Part shown: positions 1 through 8,026 of the stretch, in pieces
Layout of the letters: each line of letters begins with the position of its first letter
Position numbering within the stretch: position 1 is the first letter of the stretch
Assembly: GCA_038204425.1 (NCBI GenBank)
Contig: JBBRCZ010000008.1
Location: 1-64,000 of the forward strand
Length of the DNA stretch: 64,000 nucleotides
Origin: Spirochaetia bacterium
GTDB lineage: Bacteria > Spirochaetota > Spirochaetia > DSM-27196 > Salinispiraceae
Direction: 5' to 3'
Position numbers and translations under genes: made by a program
The notes under the pieces: generated by a model
Databases searched by the model: none
The model's input: only the letters and a program-made list of their open reading frames with translations
What the model was told of the DNA's origin: nothing

Positions 1-2909
1 TCCCTTGGCAGCAACGCTGGTTTAAGCTAGATATTCCTGCTGCTTTGCCTGCTCAATCAGGCAGACGTTATCTATCTTGGAAGGCAAATGGAGAGTTTAC
101 CATTTTTATCGATGGAAAACCGTGGTGTGGATTGGACTGTGCCCACCCTGATGCGCCCCTGCCCGACAAAGCCTGCACACTTTTTATAGACTGCGGATTG
201 TGGCAAACAGGGATCTGGAAAGAGTTTCCGAGTCCTGATGAGCTGGGATTTGTATTCTACTACGCTAAGTTGTCGCTGCGAAACCAAGCAGCTTGGGCCG
301 CCTACCACGATATTGATATTCTATTAAAGCTTTGTCTTTCTTTAATGAAGCAAGATAACATTAATCCGGTTGTCACTTTTGGACATACACCAGCCCTGAC
401 CGAGCTAAGCCCACTTTTGCGCCGACTCTTGCGTCAGTTGGACTTGGCTTGTGACAGCTTTGACACTCAGGGCTTAGACGCACTGGTTGCAAACCTAAAA
501 ACACTCTATCAAAATTTTCCATCAATGCAATCCGAAGGTATCAACAGTTACGTAGGTCACTCGCACATAGACTTGGTCTGGCTCTGGCCAGAACGAGCTA
601 GCTATAAAAAGGCTGTCCATACTTGGGCCACCCAACTGCGTCTGATGGAAAAGTATCCCGAGTATACCTTTACCATGAGTCAGCCTCCGCTTTTTTACCA
701 ACTTAAAAAACAGCATCCAGAACAGGCAGGAGAAATTGAGCAGCGCATGAGCGAAGGTCGCTGGGAATTTACTGGAGCCTTAGAAGTAGAATGCGATACA
801 CAAATTCCTGTCGGTGAAGGCTTGGTGCGCGCGATTCAATATGGGCAAGAGCGAATTAAAGCAGTGCGTGGCCAAAATGCCAACACGGTCTGGTTGCCGG
901 ACGTATTTGGCTATTCGCAATGTTTGCCACAAATATTTGCTCAAATGAAGATAGAAAATTTTTATTCGACCAAAATTCTTTGGTCACAAATCAGCAAATT
1001 TTCTCACAATTCCTTTACTTGGCAAAGCCCTGATGGTTCTTCGGTTTTGACTCACTTGGCAGTTGCTGGTTATATCTGCGAAATTCAACCAGAAGAAAGT
1101 CTCAACGCTGTACGGGCCTATCAGCAGGCCGATGTCCATTATGAAACACTTGCTGCAGCAGGTTATGGTGACGGAGGTGGAGGTGCGACCGAGGCCCACT
1201 GCGAACGCGCCCGCCGCATGCAAAACTTAAGCGGGCTGCCTCAATCGCAGTGGACTACGGTTGAGGGTTTTTTTGCGCGACTAAAAACCAAGCAGGCCCA
1301 ATTACCCAGTTACCGAGGCGAACTTTACTTGGAATATCATCGCGGCGTGCAAACTACTCAGGGTTTACTCAAACAAAACTTTAGAGCCTGCGAGCGAGCG
1401 CTGCAAGCTCATGAGGCAATGCGGGTTGCGCAGCAAGCTGCAGCTTTGCCGGCTGAGGCTTGGTTGCGTTATTTATTTACTCAGTTTCACGACGCTATTC
1501 CTGGTACTTCGATCCACAGCGTCAACAAGGAACTCAACATAGAACTTGCAAGCCTTACCGCCGACACTCGAAATAACGCCTTGACAGAATGGCCAAAAAA
1601 TCATGCACAATTTGCTGTTTTTAATCCGCTGGGCTTGCCCATTAAAAAAGTTGTCGAGGTTAATGCTCAAGCCCCAAGCGATAAAACACAAGTTCTGGAT
1701 CTCCTCGATAAAGCAGCACCTTCACTAATTGAATTTCCCACACAAAAAGGTGCCAACGGCAAAGTCTATGCCTATGTTGAAGCAAATCCGCTTTCTGCAG
1801 TCTGCAAAAATACAGTAAGCAACACCAGCCTTTCCGACTTAGATTTTCCAGCCAAAGCCAGTAAAAACAAACTTGAGAACGGCCTAGTTTGTGCTGTCTT
1901 TGACAGTGCTGGTCAGTTAGAATCGCTGACCATCCGTGGTGAACGCTTAAATTTAAAGCGCAGCGCTTACTTTACCTTGCATAGCGATATGCCAGCTAAC
2001 TACGATGCATGGGACATTGACCATAGTGCGACCTGGAATTTTTCTGAACTAAATGACCCAATTGAATTACACATAAGCGAAAATGGGCCGCTGCGCTCAG
2101 TACTGCAGGGTTCTACAAAAATTGGCGACACAAGCAGCCTGCTGGTTTCATATATCTTGGAAGCCAATCAGGATGTCTTGCAGATAGAACTCCAGATAAA
2201 CTGGCAAGAAAACGATAAACTGCTTCGTTTTAATGTCGAGAGCAATTACCGTGGCTCGCTTGCTCGTTTTGGAGCGCCCTTTGGTTGCACCGATCGATCG
2301 CAAGTCATTGGCCTGCCAGCACAAGAAGCGCTTTGGGAAGTACCTGCCAGCCGTTGGGCAGCTGTTTTGGACGGAAACAATCAAGGACTTGCTATAATCA
2401 GCGAGGCCAAATATGGTTTTTCCGCCAGTGATGGTCATCTAAGCCTATCTTTATTGCGTTCGCCAAGCTACCCTGACCCCTACTGCGATCGTGCAATCCA
2501 CACCATTAGATTTGCCATCGGGGCCTATGTCGCCGAAAGCCACGGCCAAAGCACAAGCAACAGTCGCCGTCAACAATTGTCTACAGCTGCCCTTTGCGAG
2601 ACACTTTATTGCGAACCATTGCAACAAGTTGGAGGGCAGCTTATTGACTCACTGTTTAGTTTTTCAAATTTGGGCAGCGTCGTTCCTTCCTGGGTGCTGC
2701 CTGCGACCCGGCATAAAGGTTACTTGATCCGCCTACACGAAACCGTGGGCAAAGCCAACTCGGTATGCCTCAACTTGAGCAGCCCAAGCAAAGTCAGCCA
2801 ACTCCTACTCGATGAAAGAGTGATTAAAAAATCCTCTGATCTTGTTCAAAGATATGAGTTTGGCGTTGAGGCCAACAAGATAGTTACGCTACTCGTTGAA
2901 ACTACCTAA
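1..2909 (+). CDS. Alpha-mannosidase, glycoside hydrolase family 38 (5'-partial)
   Basis: GHSHIDLVWLW (Zn-binding HxD), WLPDVFGYS (nucleophile Asp), ELYLEYHRG and QFHDAIPGTSI motifs. The frame is open back to base 3 (PWQQRWFKL), so the gene starts before the window. Confidence 0.93.
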   Translation, partial: PWQQRWFKLDIPAALPAQSGRRYLSWKANGEFTIFIDGKPWCGLDCAHPDAPLPDKACTLFIDCGLWQTGIWKEFPSPDELGFVFYYAKLSLRNQAAWAAYHDIDILLKLCLSLMKQDNINPVVTFGHTPALTELSPLLRRLLRQLDLACDSFDTQGLDALVANLKTLYQNFPSMQSEGINSYVGHSHIDLVWLWPERASYKKAVHTWATQLRLMEKYPEYTFTMSQPPLFYQLKKQHPEQAGEIEQRMSEGRWEFTGALEVECDTQIPVGEGLVRAIQYGQERIKAVRGQNANTVWLPDVFGYSQCLPQIFAQMKIENFYSTKILWSQISKFSHNSFTWQSPDGSSVLTHLAVAGYICEIQPEESLNAVRAYQQADVHYETLAAAGYGDGGGGATEAHCERARRMQNLSGLPQSQWTTVEGFFARLKTKQAQLPSYRGELYLEYHRGVQTTQGLLKQNFRACERALQAHEAMRVAQQAAALPAEAWLRYLFTQFHDAIPGTSIHSVNKELNIELASLTADTRNNALTEWPKNHAQFAVFNPLGLPIKKVVEVNAQAPSDKTQVLDLLDKAAPSLIEFPTQKGANGKVYAYVEANPLSAVCKNTVSNTSLSDLDFPAKASKNKLENGLVCAVFDSAGQLESLTIRGERLNLKRSAYFTLHSDMPANYDAWDIDHSATWNFSELNDPIELHISENGPLRSVLQGSTKIGDTSSLLVSYILEANQDVLQIELQINWQENDKLLRFNVESNYRGSLARFGAPFGCTDRSQVIGLPAQEALWEVPASRWAAVLDGNNQGLAIISEAKYGFSASDGHLSLSLLRSPSYPDPYCDRAIHTIRFAIGAYVAESHGQSTSNSRRQQLSTAALCETLYCEPLQQVGGQLIDSLFSFSNLGSVVPSWVLPATRHKGYLIRLHETVGKANSVCLNLSSPSKVSQLLLDERVIKKSSDLVQRYEFGVEANKIVTLLVETT

Positions 2910-2939
2910 AGCTTACCTAGCGCTTTATTGTGGAAGCCT

Positions 2940-4304
2940 TCATTGCTCCAGTTCGTGCGGCATTAAGCGTCGCTGTGGTCTAAAATAGGTCTTGGGCGAA
3001 TAGTCGTAGAGGTCAGAAACTTTGCACATATAAATGCATGCATAGCGGTCCATTTGATCGGCATAGCGACTTTCTTCTTGACCTGAGCGCAAGATTTCTC
3101 CCCAATAGGGATTAAAACAACTGCGATACGCTGCCAGCTTGTCAGCAATGGTGACGTTTATTGCATCAGTCTGTTCAAAAAGACTATCAAGTTGGCGGTG
3201 GTCTATTTTTCTACCCTCGTGGCGAGCCAAGTCAAGTTGATTGATCTCTTTTTCCAAGACGGTTTTTTCACTCATAAGCGACTCTACTGCTTGTTGCAGG
3301 TTTCGGCCGCGCCTAATTCCACTGACCTCTGCTTCGAGGTCACCAAGGACGAGTGCGGTACGCCAATCACAATGTTTTTTGATGCTGACAACATCACCAT
3401 AAATATGGTCACCAATGTAGAGAATTTCTCCGCCTATCAAACCAAAGTCTTCTTGCAGCTGTTTAAACCATCCTCCTTGAAACACGCCACTGGCAACATT
3501 GGCATCATGGTTTTGCATCAGACCTGTATCGGTTTGAATTGCCAAGAAGCGATTAGGCCGCTCAAAAAAACGTGGTTTGTCGGCCAAAGTTATCACCAAG
3601 TCAAAGACATCGCGCCAACCATTGTGCTTGGTCAAAAAAGGGTCAATCGCGTACTCAAGCAAAGCACGCGTATAAGCATAGTCAGAGTTGGTAATCACCA
3701 TCAGCTTTTTGCCGTATTCTTTGTAGCGCTCAAGCAGACGGGCTAGGTCGGGGTCTTTAACTACAAATCGTTCAAAATCCTTGAGAACAATCGATTTAAT
3801 GGCTCCGTTGCGATGCACCATGTCCACTGCACTGAGCACGTCGGAGGCTATCCTTGCAAAGTCTGGCAAACTCACGCCGTCACTCTTGAGTTGCACAATT
3901 TGGCTAAACAGAACACCAACTGAAATTGCAAACGAAGTATCCAAGGCAGTGTACTCGGGATCTCGCAGTTCTATAGCGACGTTTTGATAGATTTGGCGAA
4001 CAAGCCGAAAGTCGATTTCTTGCAGGCCGTGGTAGGCAGCCTTTACTTTGCCATAGCAGCTCAGTTTGAGCAGATTGCCATTTACCTTGTCAATTACAAG
4101 TCCAACTACCGCTCGATCGAGGTCAAAAGGAAGACTTGCTATCTGCGTTGGATAGGCGCGTTCTTTGACAAGCCAAGCAGAAGCACAGCTATGAGCGAGC
4201 TTTTCAAATTCTTCAACATTATACCTGACAAGTGTATAATCCATGTCAAAGCCAATTAGCTTTATTTTTTTTAGGTTGAGCATTCGATTTACATAAACAG
4301 CCAT
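2940..4304 (-). CDS. HAD-IG family 5'-nucleotidase (cN-II-like)
   Basis: GFDMDYTL HAD motif I, ITNS motif II, KP..F, YIGDHIYGDV motif IV. Start placed at the ATG at 4304 (MAVYVNR), just after the queG stop. Confidence 0.9.
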   Translation of the reverse strand: MAVYVNRMLNLKKIKLIGFDMDYTLVRYNVEEFEKLAHSCASAWLVKERAYPTQIASLPFDLDRAVVGLVIDKVNGNLLKLSCYGKVKAAYHGLQEIDFRLVRQIYQNVAIELRDPEYTALDTSFAISVGVLFSQIVQLKSDGVSLPDFARIASDVLSAVDMVHRNGAIKSIVLKDFERFVVKDPDLARLLERYKEYGKKLMVITNSDYAYTRALLEYAIDPFLTKHNGWRDVFDLVITLADKPRFFERPNRFLAIQTDTGLMQNHDANVASGVFQGGWFKQLQEDFGLIGGEILYIGDHIYGDVVSIKKHCDWRTALVLGDLEAEVSGIRRGRNLQQAVESLMSEKTVLEKEINQLDLARHEGRKIDHRQLDSLFEQTDAINVTIADKLAAYRSCFNPYWGEILRSGQEESRYADQMDRYACIYMCKVSDLYDYSPKTYFRPQRRLMPHELEQ

Positions 4305-4308
4305 GCTC

Positions 4309-5418
4309 TCAGTATAGATTACCGTCTCTAAGCTGCTCAAGCGCCCACGCCGCATGTTCTTTGACTACGGCGGACGTGTCGTTTTCTAAGGCGTCCTTTA
4401 GTGCAGGGATTAAATGGTAGGCGCGTGTGTTTGCTGCCACACTGGCAGCGTTGCGCACAATGCCTTCTCGGCCAGCTCTCATTAAAGGTGATCCAGCAAA
4501 ACGCTCGGCAAACTGCTCATGGCTGCGCATAGCCAGTATGTTCGCCAAATCAAGCTGAGCTGGGACTCGATGAAGCAAAAAATCTTTTTCGGCCGTCTGG
4601 GGACTGCCAAGATTAAAGGGGCAAACATCCTGACAGAGGTCACAACCAAATAACCATTCACCAGTTAAATGACGCAGATGCAAAGGCACAGGGCCCTTGT
4701 GCTCAATAGTTAAATAGCTGATACAACGAGACGCATCTATATGTCCTTGCCCGTCCAAGGCCCCTGTTGGACATACTTTACTGCAACGAGCGCATGAACT
4801 AGGGCAGGCATTTTGGCGCAAACCGCCTTGCTTTCCGTCCTCCCAAGCCAATCCCTGTTCAAAGTCCCCAGTGGTGATGATGCTTGCCAAAAAAACCAAC
4901 GAACCCCAGACAGGGACAATGCTGAGCGTGTTTTTTCCAGTAAATGAAAGCCCGCTTAAGTGGGCAAAGTATCGCTCATGCAGCGGATGAGCGTCGGTCC
5001 AAGCCTTGCTTGTTGAGCCTTGCGTCTTTTGATCGAGTACCTCGCAAAGCGTCCGAAGCTTGGGTGGCAAGACCTTGTGATAGTCTCGGCCCAAAGCGTA
5101 CTGCGCAATTCTCGCCCCTTTGGCTTGCGGTTTAGCGGGCTGGGCATAGGCAAAGGCCAACATAATCACGCTTTTTGCACCCGGCATTTGTCGATCTGGC
5201 CACATTTTTTGTGCGGCGTGGCGCTCCAGAAAGCCCATCTGCCCCGACTTTCCCGAGCTAAGCCACTGTTGAAAATGATCATCGGCCACGTGACGTAGCT
5301 CGTTGGTATCGACGCCCCAAGGACCGGGCTGGCCAACTGGCTGGGCGCTTGCAACTGCACAGCGAGCAAACCCGAGTTGTGGCAAAAGCTCAATAAATTC
5401 GTGCGGCAGCGTTAACAT
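4309..5418 (-). CDS. queG: tRNA epoxyqueuosine(34) reductase QueG
   Basis: IAQYALGRDYH, CPSSCARCSKVCPTGA and GCDLCQDVCPFN [4Fe-4S] motifs, RCISYLTIE, HEAT-like C-terminus. Start moved to the ATG at 5418 to avoid overlapping the divergent gene. Confidence 0.93.
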   Translation of the reverse strand: MLTLPHEFIELLPQLGFARCAVASAQPVGQPGPWGVDTNELRHVADDHFQQWLSSGKSGQMGFLERHAAQKMWPDRQMPGAKSVIMLAFAYAQPAKPQAKGARIAQYALGRDYHKVLPPKLRTLCEVLDQKTQGSTSKAWTDAHPLHERYFAHLSGLSFTGKNTLSIVPVWGSLVFLASIITTGDFEQGLAWEDGKQGGLRQNACPSSCARCSKVCPTGALDGQGHIDASRCISYLTIEHKGPVPLHLRHLTGEWLFGCDLCQDVCPFNLGSPQTAEKDFLLHRVPAQLDLANILAMRSHEQFAERFAGSPLMRAGREGIVRNAASVAANTRAYHLIPALKDALENDTSAVVKEHAAWALEQLRDGNLY

Positions 5419-5500
5419 AGCCTGCAGTATGCTGCAAAGAGGCGCGCTTGTGAATCTTTTTGAGCAAATTGACATAAAGTAGCTTAGACTTTTACCTATT

Positions 5501-7021
5501 GTGGTTAGTCTACGTTTACAGGACAATCTTACGACCTCGGAAGAAGAAAGCGAGCCACTGCAAGCACGCCTCAAGTCCCTTGAACTAGAAAACGACCATC
5601 TGCGCCAAAAGATAGAACTACAGTCGCAAGAAAATCTAATCAACAAAGAAAATCGCAGCGAGGCAGAAAAAAGGCTCTCTTTTAATCCAGTCAGTGGCCT
5701 GCCGAGTTCTTACCAACTCAAGCATGCAATTGGTGGTTTGAGCCGCAGTGTACAAAAAAAGAACGGGGGTTTTGCCATAGTAATCATCCAGTTGGACCAA
5801 GCCTTTGCTATGCTGCGCAAAAGCCTCAAGGCCAATATTTCAGAGTGGTTGCTCTACCAAATTGGTGCTCGACTAACTGAGTTTGTGGTTGGCAGAAACC
5901 GCCTTTTTCATAGCAAAGACTTGGAGTTTATCCTACTGATAGAAAAAGGCAACGTAGTTGACTACTTTGACCAAGTGCTCAAGTTAATCAGCCAGCGCCT
6001 TGGCGAAAAACATATTTTTTCTGGTTTTAACTTGACGATAAGGGCCAACATTGGGGTTGCGGTATTTCCACAGGATGCTCGCGACAAAAGCAAGCTTTTG
6101 TCGCGAGCTGACATTGCCCTCGGGGCTGCTATTGAACAGAAGCGCCAAATTGTGTTCTTTGAAGAAAAACTTGAACATCAGGTGAACGAAAAGATTAATC
6201 TACTTAATGCTTTGGTGCGTGGTATAGAAGCTGCAGCCATGGAAGAAATGAGCCAGCAGTTTGAACTGTACTTTCAACCAAAGCTTAGAGTTAGTCTCGA
6301 CGATGATGGACAACCGACTTTACAGGGTGTTAAGGCCGAGGCCTTGATTCGCTGGAACCACCCAGACAAGGGTCTGGTTAGTCCAATGCGCTTTATCCCC
6401 TTGGCCGAAGAGACAGGTTTGATTCTTCCTATGGATAAATGGGTCTTGTATCAAGGCATTGCGGCACTTCGCCGTTGGCGAGACCTTGATGGGTTTGAAG
6501 GCTTGTCTATAAACATCTCAGCCGGCCAATTTCAAAGCGGTGATATGGTGGACCTAATTGAAGCTATTCTTAAACAAGAAACATGGCTCAAAGGCAAGCT
6601 GACGATAGAACTGACCGAAACCGGTCTCTTTGAACAAGCAGAACTGGCTCAAAGCATGGTAAAACGTTTTAGAGCACTAGGCGTCAAGATTTCCCTAGAT
6701 GATTTTGGCACCGGTTTTTCTTCATTAAGTCACCTGCACAAATTTAGGCTAGACGAAATTAAGATTGACCAAAGTTTTATCCGCGATTTTCCAGAAAACG
6801 AAGCGGATCGTGCGATTGTCGATTCGCTTGTGCAGATGGCACGCGACCTGAGCATGGAGATCGTAGCCGAGGGAGTAGAGCGGAAGGAACAAGTTCTACC
6901 TTTGATGCAACGCGGTTGCACTAACCTGCAAGGCTTCTTATTTGCGCCACCCTTGCCAGAAAAAGCCTTTCTTGACTTCCTCGAACACCATAAAAAAGGC
7001 CAAGCAATCCTGTCGCTATAA
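5501..7021 (+). CDS. Coiled-coil + degenerate GGDEF + EAL protein, probable c-di-GMP phosphodiesterase
   Basis: AEALIRW, INIS, IELTE, DDFGTGFSSL, KIDQSF and VAEGVE are intact. The GGDEF position reads SKDLEF. The start codon is uncertain. Confidence 0.88.
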   Translation: MVSLRLQDNLTTSEEESEPLQARLKSLELENDHLRQKIELQSQENLINKENRSEAEKRLSFNPVSGLPSSYQLKHAIGGLSRSVQKKNGGFAIVIIQLDQAFAMLRKSLKANISEWLLYQIGARLTEFVVGRNRLFHSKDLEFILLIEKGNVVDYFDQVLKLISQRLGEKHIFSGFNLTIRANIGVAVFPQDARDKSKLLSRADIALGAAIEQKRQIVFFEEKLEHQVNEKINLLNALVRGIEAAAMEEMSQQFELYFQPKLRVSLDDDGQPTLQGVKAEALIRWNHPDKGLVSPMRFIPLAEETGLILPMDKWVLYQGIAALRRWRDLDGFEGLSINISAGQFQSGDMVDLIEAILKQETWLKGKLTIELTETGLFEQAELAQSMVKRFRALGVKISLDDFGTGFSSLSHLHKFRLDEIKIDQSFIRDFPENEADRAIVDSLVQMARDLSMEIVAEGVERKEQVLPLMQRGCTNLQGFLFAPPLPEKAFLDFLEHHKKGQAILSL

Positions 7022-7039
7022 TTTGGCCGTGTAATTATG

Positions 7040-7915
7040 CTAAACCAAAACTTCTATTTCCCACCATGCTTCAAAACTTGCTCCAGGCACGAGCTTTTGA
7101 TGACCTTCTCGCCCATGCCAGGCGCAAGAATCGTCTGCTTTGGCAGTGATTCCCCACCAAGGCTCTAAACAAACAAAGGGTGCATTCCCAAGCGGCGCCC
7201 AAATTCCTAGGTAGGGTGCTTGTGGAAAAGAAACCTTAACGCCTTTTCCTGTTTTGCGATGTTGCAAACTCACCTGTCTAGAACGGTGTTCAGTCAAAAT
7301 AATTGCACATGGGTCAAAGAGTGATTCTTTGACGGCAAGCATGCCATCTTTGGTTTTGAAAGGCTTGGTCTGACCGGTTCGCAAGCCTTCTTTATTGATC
7401 AATTGCCGCTGGGTCGATTCCTCGTGTTCAAAGACTAGTTGATAGTCATCTCGAGTCTCACCTTGCAAGAGTGGCGCACGAAAGGCCGGATGGGCACCGA
7501 TACCAAAATGCAAGTCGTGCTCAGAATCGGGATTGCCGACTCGATAGGTCACCCTAACGCTTGTGTCTCGTAACTGATAACCTATCTCCAAAACAAAGCT
7601 ACTGGGAAAAATAGCATGGGTAAACTCATCGTCTTCTAGTCTAAACAAAAGCGAATCTGAGGTTTTGGCGGCCAAGGTAAAGTCTCGGTCACGAGCAAAA
7701 CCGTGGTTGCCCATCGGAAATCTTTGCCCATCTTGCTCCAAGTGTCCACCCGGCATAGCACCAACCATGGGAAAGAGAACTGGTGAGTGCCTGCCCCAAT
7801 ACTTGGGATCAGCCTGCCAGATGTATTCGAGTCCATCATGAGTCTTTATAGATTGAAGCTCGGCGCCTGCTACTTTGATTCCGATGCTAAGTTTTTGATT
7901 TTCCAGTTGATGCAT
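7040..7915 (-). CDS. Aldose 1-epimerase family protein (LacX-like)
   Basis: GAELQS, WQADPKYWGRHSPVLFP, HGFARD, GAHPAF and FVCLEPW motifs. Confidence 0.9.
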   Translation of the reverse strand: MHQLENQKLSIGIKVAGAELQSIKTHDGLEYIWQADPKYWGRHSPVLFPMVGAMPGGHLEQDGQRFPMGNHGFARDRDFTLAAKTSDSLLFRLEDDEFTHAIFPSSFVLEIGYQLRDTSVRVTYRVGNPDSEHDLHFGIGAHPAFRAPLLQGETRDDYQLVFEHEESTQRQLINKEGLRTGQTKPFKTKDGMLAVKESLFDPCAIILTEHRSRQVSLQHRKTGKGVKVSFPQAPYLGIWAPLGNAPFVCLEPWWGITAKADDSCAWHGREGHQKLVPGASFEAWWEIEVLV

Positions 7916-8026
7916 GCAACTGAGTCTAACCTATGAAAAGGTGCCACGCAAGAGTGACTTGCTGCTGGGGTTCAAGGTGAACTATTCTTAGGGTTCGGCA
8001 GTTAGTCTGATCTTGAAATACAAAGG

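Noticed and set aside
5419..5646. N-terminal extensions in the ORF track for queG, ftsZ, hslV, xerD, ftsW, GH18 and the sulfotransferase
   Set aside because: The extensions overlap neighbouring genes. Downstream ATGs match the family N-termini, several with a clear RBS.
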